Shown here piece after piece: positions 9,161 through 19,246 of a DNA stretch of 64,000 bases (the stretch's first letter is position 1; each line of letters starts with the position of its first letter). The stretch spans positions 43,173 through 107,172 of the forward strand of contig DATDFQ010000024.1 in assembly GCA_036522515.1 (NCBI GenBank). The letters are read 5' to 3'. Source of the DNA: Bacteroidota bacterium. GTDB taxonomy: Bacteria > Bacteroidota > Ignavibacteria > UBA10030 > SZUA-254. The position numbers and the translations under genes were made by a program. The notes under the pieces are model-generated. The model did no database searches and was not told the DNA's origin. It worked only from the letters and a program-made list of their open reading frames with translations.

Positions 9161-10432
9161 TCACTTGTCCGCCTCCCCCATCACCGGGTCGATGCTGCCG
9201 ATCACGGCGACGACATCCGAGATCATCCCGCCCTTGAGCATGGGGGGAAGGGACTGAAGGTTGGCGAATGAAGGGGAACGGATCTTCAGCCTCCACGGAT
9301 ACCCTTCGCCGTGGCTCACGATGTAAAAGCCGAGCTCCCCCTTCGACCCCTCGATCGCGTGATAAATCTCTCCGATCGGGGGGTTGATCCCGAAGTTTAC
9401 GATCATGAAATCATGGATCAGCTCTTCCATCTTGCCGTACGTCCGCTCTTTTTTCGGGAGGACGCGCTTGGGATCGGCCGCATTGACGGGGCCCGCCGGC
9501 ATTTTCTCGAGCGCCTGCCGGAGAATTCTTGCGCTTTCCTTCATCTCCTCGATCCGGACGTAGAAACGGGAGAGCACATCGCCGTCGTTATAAACCGGGA
9601 CATCGAACTCCAAATCCTTGTAGACCAGGTACGGCTCGTCGCGGCGCAGGTCATGCCCCACCCCGCAAGCCCGGAGCATGGGACCCGTAAGTCCCAGATT
9701 GATTGCGGCTTCCTTCGAAATGTATCCCACGTTTTCGCACCGGTCGATGAAGATCCGGTTTCTGACCAGGAGCCGGGTGGATTCGGAGAGAGCCGCGGGG
9801 AAACTGTCGAGGAACGTCCTGATCATTGTGATCGCTTCGCCCGAAATGTCGTTCGCCATTCCTCCGACGCGCGTGAAGCTTGTCGTGAACCTGACTCCCG
9901 TGAGAACATCCCAGATGTCCTGGAGCTTCTCGCGCTCGCGGAAGCCCCATAGCAGGACGGTGACCGCACCCACGTCCATCGCCATCGTCCCCAGCCAGAC
10001 CAGATGGGAAGCAATGCGGGCAAGCTCGGCGCAGACGACCCGGAGGTACTGCGCCCTCGGCGGCGCTTCGATTCCCGCCAGCTTCTCGACAGCGAGAACG
10101 TATGCGACGTTGTTGGCGAGCGGGGAAAGGTAATCGAGCCGGTCGGTGTGCGGAATGAACTCATGATACGACATGTTCTCGGCGAGTTTTTCATACCCGC
10201 GGTGGAGGTATCCGAGGTCGGGAACCGCCGCAACGATCGTCTCGCCGTCGAGGCGCAGCAGGATGCGCAGGACTCCATGAGTCGCGGGGTGCTGCGGGCC
10301 CATGTTCAGCACCATATCATGCTCGAGCGGATCGTCGAACATGACGCTCGTATCCTGATCCTCCAGGGCCCGGAGGATCCTCTGGCTTGCGTGGTCCGCG
10401 GATTTCTGCCCGCGCTCAGGCGTCCGGGTCAT
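9161..10432 (-). CDS. nuoD: NADH-quinone oxidoreductase subunit D (49 kDa)
   Basis: MTRTPERG...GPQHPATHGVLRI...RVGGMANDIS... full-length NuoD similarity. Start at the ATG of MTRT overlaps the nuoC stop by 4 nt; the ORF extension to 10603 is spurious. Confidence 0.9.
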   Translation of the reverse strand: MTRTPERGQKSADHASQRILRALEDQDTSVMFDDPLEHDMVLNMGPQHPATHGVLRILLRLDGETIVAAVPDLGYLHRGYEKLAENMSYHEFIPHTDRLDYLSPLANNVAYVLAVEKLAGIEAPPRAQYLRVVCAELARIASHLVWLGTMAMDVGAVTVLLWGFREREKLQDIWDVLTGVRFTTSFTRVGGMANDISGEAITMIRTFLDSFPAALSESTRLLVRNRIFIDRCENVGYISKEAAINLGLTGPMLRACGVGHDLRRDEPYLVYKDLEFDVPVYNDGDVLSRFYVRIEEMKESARILRQALEKMPAGPVNAADPKRVLPKKERTYGKMEELIHDFMIVNFGINPPIGEIYHAIEGSKGELGFYIVSHGEGYPWRLKIRSPSFANLQSLPPMLKGGMISDVVAVIGSIDPVMGEADK

Positions 10433-10908
10433 TTCCTCGGCAGCGGAAGTGAACCCGGGATGCCCATGAGGGGAAAGTCTTTGCGGAGAGGGTGATACTC
10501 GAATTCCTCGGGCATGTAAATGCGCCGGTGGTCCGGATGCCCGTCGAAGAGGATGCCGTACATGTCGTAGGTTTCCCGCTCGGGCCAGTTCGCCGCCGTC
10601 CAAACGCCGGTGACCGAGGGAACGTGCATGTCGGATTCGTCGACTCGAACTTTGAGCCGGAGACGGAAGAGATTCTTCAGGGAATAGAGGTTGTAGACGA
10701 CCTCAAACCGGTCGGTGGGCCGCGAGTAATCCGCGCCGCAGACATCCCGGAGCGAATCGAAACTGAGTTCCTCATCGTCATGAAGGGATTTGCAAAGCCG
10801 CCCGATGTCGCTCTTCTTCACGACGAGCGTCAGCTCGCCGCGGTACTCGTTGACAGACTCGATCGAATCCTTAAATCCGGCGTTAATTCGTTCGAGGATC
10901 TTGTCTTT
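10429..10908 (-). CDS. nuoC: NADH-quinone oxidoreductase subunit C (30 kDa)
   Basis: [13 protein letters not shown]...[17 protein letters not shown]...[13 protein letters not shown]. Start MKDK chosen; this overlaps the nuoB 3' end by about 26 nt, so the true start may be a little downstream. Confidence 0.85.
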   Translation of the reverse strand, partial: KDKILERINAGFKDSIESVNEYRGELTLVVKKSDIGRLCKSLHDDEELSFDSLRDVCGADYSRPTDRFEVVYNLYSLKNLFRLRLKVRVDESDMHVPSVTGVWTAANWPERETYDMYGILFDGHPDHRRIYMPEEFEYHPLRKDFPLMGIPGSLPLPRK

Positions 10909-11419
10909 CATGAAGGTCGGCAGTTTCTGGGATATAGATTTTTTCCCGCTGGCCGGGCTTCTCACCCCGCTTGATTTTCGCCTGGACCTCCATCAGACCC
11001 TTCAGGAGATTGTCGGGACGGGGCGGACAGCCGGCGACGTAGACATCGACGGGGACGAAGAGATCGATCCCCTGCACCACGGAATAGGACCGGTACATTC
11101 CGCCGGTGGAAGTGCACGCTCCCATGGCGATGACCCATTTCGGATCCGGCATCTGATCGTAGATCTTCCGGACGACGTGGGACATTTTGTAGGTGACCGT
11201 GCCCGCGACGATCATCAGATCGCTCTGGCGGGGCGAAAATCGAAAGGCCTCCGACCCGAACCGGGCGACGTCATACCGGGGGCCGGCGAACGACATCATC
11301 TCGATGGCGCAGCAGGAAATTCCCATCGGCATCGGCCAGAGGGAATTCTTCCTCGCCCAACCGATCAGATCGTCCAACCGGGTCGTGACAAAGCCTTCTT
11401 CGGCGCTTCCTAATCCCAT
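10883..11419 (-). CDS. nuoB: NADH-quinone oxidoreductase subunit B (20 kDa)
   Basis: ...[17 protein letters not shown]...[10 protein letters not shown]...[10 protein letters not shown] conserved Cys ligands of the N2 cluster. Confidence 0.9.
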   Translation of the reverse strand: MGLGSAEEGFVTTRLDDLIGWARKNSLWPMPMGISCCAIEMMSFAGPRYDVARFGSEAFRFSPRQSDLMIVAGTVTYKMSHVVRKIYDQMPDPKWVIAMGACTSTGGMYRSYSVVQGIDLFVPVDVYVAGCPPRPDNLLKGLMEVQAKIKRGEKPGQREKIYIPETADLHERQDPRTN

Positions 11420-11766
11420 TCGAGGGCTCCTTTTTTCCAGAGGAAGAGGTATCCGAGCATCAGGATGAGGATGAAGACCAGCATCTCCACGAATCCGGCA
11501 ATTCCGAGCTTCCGGAATTCAACCGCCCAGGGGTAGAGAAAGACCACTTCGATGTCGAAGAGGATGAAGAGCATCGCGACCATGTAATACTTGACCGAAA
11601 CGCGCTCGTGCGCGCTCCGGACCGGTTCCATGCCGCTCTCGTAGGTGGAGAGCTTTACCTCGCTGGGGTTCCTCGGGCCGAACCACACGCTTGCTTTCGA
11701 CATCACAACGCCGAATGCCACGGCACAGATGAAGATGATTCCGATGGGGATGTAGTTTGCCAGCAC
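11410..11766 (-). CDS. nuoA: NADH-quinone oxidoreductase subunit A
   Basis: 118 aa, three TM helices, ...STYESGMEP...FLYPWAV motif. The start codon is GTG (revcomp of cac at 11764-11766). Confidence 0.85.
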   Translation of the reverse strand: MLANYIPIGIIFICAVAFGVVMSKASVWFGPRNPSEVKLSTYESGMEPVRSAHERVSVKYYMVAMLFILFDIEVVFLYPWAVEFRKLGIAGFVEMLVFILILMLGYLFLWKKGALEWD

Positions 11767-11829
11767 GAGGGTCGAATCGCTAAATTTGAGTGTCTTCCTG
11801 AGAAAAGTTAGGCAAAAAAGGGGGGAAAT

Positions 11830-12005
11830 GCAAGCGGCGCGCAGCGCCGCAAGCAGGTTGGGACGCGGAGCGTCCCGGTATGCGTTCCCACGCAGAGCGT
11901 GGGAACGAGGAGATTGGTTGGAATGATTGCCGCACCGGGCCGGCAGCCGCAGCCTTCAGGCTGCGGTCTTTTCGCAACGCGACCTGAAGGTCGCGCCTAC
12001 CGACT
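11830..12005. repeat. cluster of hairpin repeats: two GC hairpins, one B-family (TTCCCACGC-AGAGC-GTGGGAA + CGAG) and two A-family hairpins (gcagccttcaggctgc, gcgacctgaaggtcgc + GCCTACCGA)
   Basis: Direct reading of 11834-11850, 11860-11876, 11881-11909, 11946-11966 and 11977-12005. The 3' end of the adjacent methyltransferase ORF runs into this block. Confidence 0.75.
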
Positions 12006-12833
12006 CAACGGTCGTTCTGCTTTGCCAATGGTGTTGGGAATCCGCAGGCTCCCGAGAATCACGCCGCAGGCGATGGCGACGTTCAGCGATTCCGCCTTGC
12101 CGAATTTTGGGATCGACACGCGCCCATCCGCTTCCCGCATGATCCCCGGACTCACCCCGTGGGCTTCGTTGCCGAAGATGAACATGCTCTTTTCAGGGAA
12201 CGGGGTCGACGGAAACCCGGCTTCCCCCGAGGAAGTCGTGATGAAAACCTGGTACCCGAGGTTTTTTGCAAACCGGAGCGACTGAAGCAGGTCAATTTCG
12301 GTAAGAACCGGGAGATGAAAAATCGATCCCATGGCCGACCGCGTCACCTTGGGGCTGTAGAGCTCGACGCCGTTCCGGTCGATCAGGACTCCGTTGACGC
12401 CGAACCAGTCGCATGTCCGGAGCATGGTGCCCGCGTTTCCGGGATCTGAAATCCCGTCGAATCCGACGATGACCGATTGCCTGGGAAGACTGCTCCAGAA
12501 GGCTTCCGGCTCTTGTTCTTTCATCGAAACGACCGCGAGGACTCCCTGGGAGGTCACGGTCTCCGAAAGTTTCCGAAGTTCCTCTTCCGAGATCTCATAG
12601 ACGGGGATGTTTTTCTGTTGCGCCGACTTGAGCGCGTTGACTCCCTCCATCCCTTCGAGCGCCGGTTTTGCGATCATCAGCATTTCGATGGCCCAATCGG
12701 ACTTTAACGCCTCCTCCACGAGCCGGGACCCTTCGATGAGGAACTTGCGTTCTGCCTTTCGGAACTTCTTCTGGGTCAGTTTGAGAACCGACTTGAAGGT
12801 CGAACGGGACATGCGGGCGACTTGCTTCATCAT
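11997..12833 (-). CDS. TrmH/SpoU-family RNA 2'-O-methyltransferase
   Basis: ...VIVGFDGISDPGNAGTMLRTCDWFG...FIFGNEAHGVS...SLNVAIACGVIL SPOUT motifs. The last ~15 codons are encoded by the repeat block and may not be native. Confidence 0.75.
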   Translation of the reverse strand: MMKQVARMSRSTFKSVLKLTQKKFRKAERKFLIEGSRLVEEALKSDWAIEMLMIAKPALEGMEGVNALKSAQQKNIPVYEISEEELRKLSETVTSQGVLAVVSMKEQEPEAFWSSLPRQSVIVGFDGISDPGNAGTMLRTCDWFGVNGVLIDRNGVELYSPKVTRSAMGSIFHLPVLTEIDLLQSLRFAKNLGYQVFITTSSGEAGFPSTPFPEKSMFIFGNEAHGVSPGIMREADGRVSIPKFGKAESLNVAIACGVILGSLRIPNTIGKAERPLSR

Positions 12834-12889
12834 GCGGTGAATATAAACAAGTGAAAACCAAGAACCAAGGTCTCTACCTCGGCGGTGGT

Positions 12890-13100
12890 GGCCGGCACCT
12901 GCCGGACTGAAAGAACGCAGGCTAAAGCCTGCGCCTACCGAGTCCGAGAGATCGGTAGGTGCGACCTTCAGGTCGCGTGCAGCTTGACGCAGGCTAAAGC
13001 CTGCGGCTACCGAGTCCGAGACATTATTCGTTCCCGCGCAGAGCGGCGGAACGAGAATAAAGATCCCGACCTAAAACATGTCGGGATGACGAGACGAGAT
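12890..13100. repeat. composite hairpin-repeat junkyard (A, A-inverted, A, B and C families in series)
   Basis: gcaggctaaagcctgcgcctaccga; tcggtaggtgcgaccttcaggtcgcg; gcaggctaaagcctgcggctaccga; ttcccgcgcagagcggcggaacgag; agatcccgacctaaaacatgtcgggatgacgag. The ORF at 12885..13127 is an artefact of these repeats. Confidence 0.8.
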
Positions 13101-13131
13101 GAATTGGCGGTGCTCCGGCGGGGCTAATTAC

Positions 13132-13160
13132 TTGATTATCAAGGCGGTTCTGCCTATATT
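13132..13160 (+). promoter_or_regulatory. putative sigma70-type promoter (TTGATT-17-TATATT) for the hldA-hldC-tamB-rnr-dedA operon
   Basis: TTGATT at 13132-13137, 17-nt spacer, TATATT at 13155-13160, about 30 nt before the ATG at 13190. The same TTGnnn-17-TATATT architecture is seen at rpsT, brnT and the thi operon. Confidence 0.35.
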
Positions 13161-13189
13161 TTGAAGGAAATTATTTTTTAAAATTGACG

Positions 13190-14233
13190 ATGATAGCAGA
13201 AAAACGCCTGACAGAACTCCTGTCGAAGATGAACGGGAAACGGGTCGCGGTCGTGGGCGATCTGATGCTCGACCGGTACTTCTGGGGGTCGGTTTCGAGG
13301 ATCTCTCCGGAAGCGCCGGTGCCGGTCATCGACCTCGAAACGGAGCAGGACCGTCTCGGCGGGGCTGCGAACGTCGCCCAGAACATCAAATCCCTCGGCG
13401 GCGAACCGCTCCTCGTGGGGGTCGTCGGCGCCGACAACAGCGGGAACCAGCTCTTCAACCTCATCAAGGAGAGCGGATTCTCCCGCGACGGAATCGTGAT
13501 CGACGGATCGCGCCCCTCCACCGTCAAGACCCGCGTGATCGCCCACAACCAGCACGTCGTCCGGATAGACCGGGAATCGAGGAACGACGTCTCGCACATC
13601 ATCCAGGACAAGATTCTGAGCGTGCTCCGCCGGAACATCGACTCCCTCGACGGCATCATCCTGGAGGACTACAACAAGGGCGTGATCGTGAAGACCCTCA
13701 TCAAGCAGATTATCACGCTCGGGAACGAGTGCGGCAAGACGATCACGGTCGATCCGAAATTCAAGAATTTTTTCGACTACGGGAATGTGACGCTCTTCAA
13801 GCCGAACCGGAAAGAGGCCGAAGAAGCGATGGGCGTCAAGCTCGATAGCCCGGAGGATATCGCATCCACGGGGCGCGCATTGCTGGACCGCCTCTGCGCG
13901 AAGGGAGTCCTCCTCACGCTTGGAGCCCAGGGGATGTCGCTCTTCGAATCGGACGGTTCGGTCAGCAACCTTCCGACGATGGCGCGCACCGTTGCGGACG
14001 TGTCGGGGGCGGGCGACACCGTGATCTCGACGCTCACCATGGCGCTCGCCGCCGGGGCGACGCTCAAGGAAGCGGCGACACTTGCGAATTTTGCGGGGGG
14101 CATTGTCTGCGGATATGTCGGGATCGTTCCGATCGACAAAAAGGAATTGACGGAGCATGTGCTGCGGGAGATCCTGAGGGTGCAGTTGATGCGGGACACG
14201 AAGAACCAGCCTCTCGCAGGCGGCGCCGCTTGA
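13190..14233 (+). CDS. hldA: D-glycero-beta-D-manno-heptose-7-phosphate kinase (RfaE domain I, PfkB family)
   Basis: MIAEKRL...VAVVGDLMLDRYFWG...GGAANVA...DVSGAGDTVI. ATG at 13190; the ORF track begins at an in-frame TTG at 13184. Stop overlaps the next start (ATGA). Confidence 0.8.
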   Translation: MIAEKRLTELLSKMNGKRVAVVGDLMLDRYFWGSVSRISPEAPVPVIDLETEQDRLGGAANVAQNIKSLGGEPLLVGVVGADNSGNQLFNLIKESGFSRDGIVIDGSRPSTVKTRVIAHNQHVVRIDRESRNDVSHIIQDKILSVLRRNIDSLDGIILEDYNKGVIVKTLIKQIITLGNECGKTITVDPKFKNFFDYGNVTLFKPNRKEAEEAMGVKLDSPEDIASTGRALLDRLCAKGVLLTLGAQGMSLFESDGSVSNLPTMARTVADVSGAGDTVISTLTMALAAGATLKEAATLANFAGGIVCGYVGIVPIDKKELTEHVLREILRVQLMRDTKNQPLAGGAA

Positions 14234-14721
14234 TGGGGAGAGTCGCCGGCATCGGAGAATTGAAATCGATCAGAGCCGGGCTCCGGGAGGACGGAAAGAA
14301 GGTGGTGTTTACGAACGGAGTGTTCGACCTCATTCACCGCGGACACATCGAGTATCTCAGCAAGGCGAAGGCGCTCGGAGATGTCCTGATCGTCGGAGTG
14401 AACGACGACGCCTCCGTGCGCAGGATCAAAGGGAGCAACCGGCCGGTCGTGAATGAATCGGACCGCGCCTACATCGTGGCAAACCTCTCACCCGTCGACT
14501 ACGCATGCGTCTTCTCCGAAGACACCCCCCTCGAGATCATCAGCGCTCTTGTTCCGGATGTGCTTGTCAAGGGCGCAGACTGGAAAATTGACGATATCGT
14601 GGGGAAGGACGTCGTCGAGAGGGCCGGCGGAAAGGTTTCGGCCATCGAGGTCGTGCCCGACCGCTCTTCCTCGGGCCTCATCGCGCGCATTCTCGAGAGG
14701 TTCTCGCGATCGGGGGTTTGA
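14230..14721 (+). CDS. hldC: D-beta-D-heptose-1-phosphate adenylyltransferase (RfaE domain II, cytidylyltransferase fold)
   Basis: VVFTNGVFDLIHRGHIEYLSKAKALGDVLIVGVNDDASV... HxGH nucleotidyltransferase motif. 4-nt overlaps with both neighbours. Confidence 0.8.
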   Translation: MMGRVAGIGELKSIRAGLREDGKKVVFTNGVFDLIHRGHIEYLSKAKALGDVLIVGVNDDASVRRIKGSNRPVVNESDRAYIVANLSPVDYACVFSEDTPLEIISALVPDVLVKGADWKIDDIVGKDVVERAGGKVSAIEVVPDRSSSGLIARILERFSRSGV

Positions 14722-17700
14722 GCATGAAGATGATCCTCAAACGCGCGCTCAGAATCGTCGCCTACGCCGCCGCGCTGACGACCGTCATGCTTCTGTTCGT
14801 CGCGGGAATGTCGCAGACGGATTTCTTCAGGGAGCGATTCAGGATCCTTCTCGTCTCCGCCCTCTCCAGCAAGCTGAACGGCTCGGTGCGCCTCGGAACT
14901 CTCGGCGGGAATTTCATCACCAGCTTTACGCTCGATTCGGTCGAGGTCTACTACCGGGACAAGTTGTTCGTCAAGACCGCGAAGGTCACCGTCCAGTACG
15001 ATCCGCTGACGCTCCTGCAGAAGAAGCTGACCTTCAAATACTTCATCGTCGAGCAGCCGCGGATTCACTTCATCCGATCGGCGAAGGGCGACTGGAATTA
15101 CGAGAAGCTGGTAAAGCCGAGCACCGACACCTCCAAGGGCACGTTCGGCTGGAACATCTACCTGACCGATCTCGAATTGAAGAACGGCATCCTCACGCTC
15201 TTCGATTCGACCTCGGCGACCGCGATGAGAGGCGAGCTTCCGGACACGCTGAAGCACTTTGATTACGGCCGTTTCTCTCTCAAAGACATCAATGTCCAAC
15301 TTAAGGCTTCGATCCTGAAAGAGGATATCCAGACTCACCTGGTCCATTCGAGCTTCTACTCCGACCGGCCAGCATTCGAGCTGACGCATATCACCGGGGA
15401 TTTCGCTCTCTCCCACGCTGGAGTCTTTGCGAACAACGTCATCGCGCAAACGAGCCGCTCCTACATCGAGCTGGACGGCGGGGTCCACCTGCTCAACCTG
15501 TTCGAGCCCCAAAAGACCGACGACCTCCGCCGCGACTCGACAAAAGTGACGTTGAAGGCCCGGAACATCGATCTTTCCGAGTTGAGAACCCTCGTTCCCC
15601 CACTCGATTTCCTTGCGGGCTCAGCCTACGTCGATCTCGCTGTCGACGGAGTATTCGGGGACCTGACGATCCGGCGTCTGAACGTGAAGGCGTACGACAA
15701 CGCCATCAACGTCTCCGGGACGGTGCGAAACCTGCAAAAGGCGGAGCATCTCGATCTGGACGTCTTCGTCGGGGCTCCCTCGATCAACCCCTCCGACGCG
15801 TCCCGGTTGCTGCCCGGATTGAACCTGCCCCGTTACAGCAAAGTCGGCCGCTCCTCGCTCTTCGTTCAGTTCGTCGGAAAACCGCTTAATTTCCGGACCC
15901 GAACCATCCTCAGAGGGGGATTCGGCAATTGCGAGGTGGCGGGAACAATCAATCTTGAAAAAAAGGAGCCCTCCTACGGCCTGAAGTTCACCACAAGCCG
16001 GCTCGACATTGCCGCGCTCACAACGAACCCGGACCTGAAGGCGGTCCTCTCCTCGTCGGGGGGACTGAAGGGCGAAGGCATTTCGCTCAACGGGCTTAAT
16101 TCGACGCTCACCATTCGGATCGATTCCTCCAGAGTCAGGAACATCACTCTCGATTCCGCCCGGATGACCGTCTCTGCCCGCTCCCGCAAGCTGGAGGGCG
16201 CGGTCATGCTCGCCGCCCAGAAGATGAAGGCAACGATATCGGCTCATGCCGACCTCTCCGCGCCGGCGCACCCCGAGTTCGGCGGCGACGTGGCACTCCG
16301 GGGAATCAACCTCGCGCGGCTTCTCGACAATCCCCGGTATGAGAGCGATATCACGATGGAGGGAACCGTCTCCGGATCGGGCCGCACGATCGACGACCTC
16401 AACAGCGACACGAAATTGACCCTCTACCCTTCGATATTCCAGGGACACAATGTTTCGGAGCAGGAGATCCGGGTGTTTCTCGATCAGCACAATATCGAGA
16501 GCAAACGGCTGTCGCTCCAATCTTCGATCCTCGACCTTGACCTGAACGGAAAGTTCGATCTCGATCTGACCGAGGCGGTCCTCGTCCACCAGACGGCCAA
16601 CCTTCTCGAAACAATTCAGGAACACGCCCTCCCCGCGGAATCGATCAGGGTGAAACAGCCGGGGCTTGCCATTCCTCCGCACACCCCCGCGCAGCGGAGG
16701 ATGGATTTCGATTACACGCTCCGGGTCAAAGACCTCGAGCCCGTCGCCACGCTCATCGAGGGAAAGCGGTTCGACGGGCGGGGAACCCTGACCGGCTCCC
16801 TCCACGGCACCGACGAACAACTGTCGTTTTCCTGCAACGGCTCAGTCGACGAGTTCTTCCTCGGTTCCTACGAGCAGGGCTTCCTCCTCAACCGGACCAC
16901 CGTCGCGCTCAAGCTCGATTCCCTGGCCGACACCCGGACGTTCGATCAGCTCTCCGCGGGGTTGAAACTGGGCGTCGGAAACGCCCTGGTGAACGGGATG
17001 ACCATCGACAGCTTCTCCCTCCGCCTTGAGTACCACAATTACAAGGGGACTATCGCGATCAACGGGTTCGTCGACTCCCTCTACTCCATCGTGATGGCGG
17101 GGCAAACGGCGGTTCAACCCCACACGTACGCGTTCGACTTCGACAGCCTGACGTTCAAGTCGGGCGAGTACCGCTGGAAGAACGACCAGGACGTCCAGTT
17201 CCGCCTGAATTCCGACGGGACCCGGGTCATGCACGCCCTGATGGTGAGGAACGGGGAGCAGTTTTCCCTGACGGGCGTCCTTCATCACAACGGGGAGTTC
17301 GATTTCGACGCGCTCCTGAACAACTATGACGTCGCTTCGCTCGGCTTCCTGACGCGCAACCCCGTCCTCCTGCGCCCGGACCAGGCGTTCCACGGCCACA
17401 CGAGCGCGAAGCTCCACCTCGAGGGATCGACTTCGCACCCGGTCATCACCTTCACCGCCACGAGCGACAGCATTTTCTACAGGCAGACCCGGATCGGATC
17501 GATCGATGCCGGCGTCCGGTACCGCGACTCGATCGCGACGATCGACTTCGTGGTCAAGAAATCGCAGAAGGATTCGGTGCCGAGCCTCAGCGTGAAGGGA
17601 ACCCTCCCCATCAACCTCGCGTTCGGAGGGGTGAAAGAGCGGTTCCCGGACGAGCCGCAGAACATTCAGGTCGTCTCCCAGGGGTTCGATTTGAGCGTGC

Positions 17701-19235
17701 TCGATCCGCTCCACAGCGAGTTTCAGAACGTCCATGGGACGTTGCACGCCGACATCTCGGTCGCGGGCACCCCCCGGGATCCCGAGTACTCGGGATCGAT
17801 CACGCTCAAGGACGTCGATTTTACGTTCGCGCCGAACAATGTCCCGTACGCGCTCGCCGCCGATCTGGAAGCGACACGGAACAAGATCGTGGTGAAGAAC
17901 CTTGCGGTACGGAGTCTCCAGCGGGCCGTCGCTCCCGAGGACATGCAGGTGACCGGATCGCTGAGCATCAAGAACTACCAGATCGACTCGCTCGACCTGA
18001 CCGCAAACGGGCAGATCCTGCTGATGAGCGACGCCACGAAAAAGACCCGCGCGGCAATTTACGGCACGCTCCCGACCGCGACCGGTCCGGAAGGCCTCCA
18101 TCTCGTCGGGACCATCAGCCATCCTTATCTGAGCGGTAATCTCTACCTCCAGGGCGCAAATCTGACCTCACCGCCGACCTACGAAGCGGAAGGATCGAGC
18201 TCCCAGCTCTCCCTCAACTACGTCGTCGTCGACGACACCTCCAAGCCGGTCGCGCAGACCACCCGGCCCTCGAAGTTCTATGCCGGGAATGAGATCAAGC
18301 CGATCGCCCGGCCGGTCGACGACCATGTCGTGAAGACGACGTTCCTGGACCGCCTCCGGTACGATCTCAGCATCGAGACGCGCGGGAACAACTCGATCAA
18401 GATGATCTTTACCCCGAGCACGAACGAAGAACTCTACGCCGAGCTCGAGGGGAGGGTCAGCCTTGTCAATAACCGGGGATACATGAGCCTCACCGGCGAG
18501 ATCACCGTCTCTCCCAATTCCTACTACAATTTCTTCAAGCGGTTCGACGCGTCGGGAAAACTGAAGTTTGTGGGACAGTGGGACAATCCGGAACTTGAGA
18601 TCGAGGCCAACTATGTGGGATACCGGGCCGATCCGGCCCACGATTCGCTGCTGCAGAAGGTCATCGTCCAGCTCAACATCACCGGCACCCGGAACGAGCC
18701 GAAGCTCGCCATGTCGATGAAAGTTCAGCTCCAGCCCGGCGAGGAGCCGGTCGACTGGTCCTCGGAGGCGCGCGGAGGCGACGTGCAGTCCGATGCGATC
18801 TCCTTCATCCTGACCGGAAGGTTCCGCGACGACCTCTCCTCGAGGGAACGGGGCGACATTGCGACGAGCGTGGGAGCCACCGCTGGATCGGGGTTCACCA
18901 CGGGCTTGCTTTCCGGAGCCCTCTCGGATTTCCTTCGCGAGGAATTCCCGTTCATCAGGAGCGCGGAGGTGAACTACCAGGGCGGGAACGTCGGCCAGGG
19001 CGCGAACGTCCGTCTCAGCGGCGAGGCGTTCAAGGGGTACTGGCAGGTCGGCGGCAAGATTCTTAACGACATCGGGAACGCGAACGTCAGCTACTCGATG
19101 AGCCTCGGAGACGTGTTGAAAGCGTCTTCAATCCACAATCTCTTCCTGGAAATACAGCGGCGGGTCGAGGGAGACCTCTCGGAGGAGCGAAAACTAACGA
19201 ACGAAGCCCGCCTGTTCTATCGATTCTCTTTCTAA
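14718..19235 (+). CDS. tamB: translocation and assembly module protein TamB (AsmA-like, DUF490 C-terminus)
   Basis: 1505 aa. N-terminal signal-anchor, long beta-rich body, C-terminal ...LTNEARLFYRFSF typical of TamB. The antisense ORFs 15621..16820, 16842..18122 and 18168..18641 are high-GC artefacts. Confidence 0.8.
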   Translation: MSMKMILKRALRIVAYAAALTTVMLLFVAGMSQTDFFRERFRILLVSALSSKLNGSVRLGTLGGNFITSFTLDSVEVYYRDKLFVKTAKVTVQYDPLTLLQKKLTFKYFIVEQPRIHFIRSAKGDWNYEKLVKPSTDTSKGTFGWNIYLTDLELKNGILTLFDSTSATAMRGELPDTLKHFDYGRFSLKDINVQLKASILKEDIQTHLVHSSFYSDRPAFELTHITGDFALSHAGVFANNVIAQTSRSYIELDGGVHLLNLFEPQKTDDLRRDSTKVTLKARNIDLSELRTLVPPLDFLAGSAYVDLAVDGVFGDLTIRRLNVKAYDNAINVSGTVRNLQKAEHLDLDVFVGAPSINPSDASRLLPGLNLPRYSKVGRSSLFVQFVGKPLNFRTRTILRGGFGNCEVAGTINLEKKEPSYGLKFTTSRLDIAALTTNPDLKAVLSSSGGLKGEGISLNGLNSTLTIRIDSSRVRNITLDSARMTVSARSRKLEGAVMLAAQKMKATISAHADLSAPAHPEFGGDVALRGINLARLLDNPRYESDITMEGTVSGSGRTIDDLNSDTKLTLYPSIFQGHNVSEQEIRVFLDQHNIESKRLSLQSSILDLDLNGKFDLDLTEAVLVHQTANLLETIQEHALPAESIRVKQPGLAIPPHTPAQRRMDFDYTLRVKDLEPVATLIEGKRFDGRGTLTGSLHGTDEQLSFSCNGSVDEFFLGSYEQGFLLNRTTVALKLDSLADTRTFDQLSAGLKLGVGNALVNGMTIDSFSLRLEYHNYKGTIAINGFVDSLYSIVMAGQTAVQPHTYAFDFDSLTFKSGEYRWKNDQDVQFRLNSDGTRVMHALMVRNGEQFSLTGVLHHNGEFDFDALLNNYDVASLGFLTRNPVLLRPDQAFHGHTSAKLHLEGSTSHPVITFTATSDSIFYRQTRIGSIDAGVRYRDSIATIDFVVKKSQKDSVPSLSVKGTLPINLAFGGVKERFPDEPQNIQVVSQGFDLSVLDPLHSEFQNVHGTLHADISVAGTPRDPEYSGSITLKDVDFTFAPNNVPYALAADLEATRNKIVVKNLAVRSLQRAVAPEDMQVTGSLSIKNYQIDSLDLTANGQILLMSDATKKTRAAIYGTLPTATGPEGLHLVGTISHPYLSGNLYLQGANLTSPPTYEAEGSSSQLSLNYVVVDDTSKPVAQTTRPSKFYAGNEIKPIARPVDDHVVKTTFLDRLRYDLSIETRGNNSIKMIFTPSTNEELYAELEGRVSLVNNRGYMSLTGEITVSPNSYYNFFKRFDASGKLKFVGQWDNPELEIEANYVGYRADPAHDSLLQKVIVQLNITGTRNEPKLAMSMKVQLQPGEEPVDWSSEARGGDVQSDAISFILTGRFRDDLSSRERGDIATSVGATAGSGFTTGLLSGALSDFLREEFPFIRSAEVNYQGGNVGQGANVRLSGEAFKGYWQVGGKILNDIGNANVSYSMSLGDVLKASSIHNLFLEIQRRVEGDLSEERKLTNEARLFYRFSF

Positions 19236-19246
19236 ACCGGAAACCA

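Noticed and set aside
15621-18641. Long antisense ORFs (399 aa, 426 aa, 157 aa) inside tamB; also 60448..61995 antisense to the M16 gene, 56773..58680 antisense to the GH133 gene, and 19268..20176 / 20408..21493 around rnr
   Set aside because: Typical stop-codon-poor antisense frames of high-GC coding sequence. Arg/Gly/Asp-rich composition, no recognisable domains, and the sense-strand genes have strong full-length family matches.
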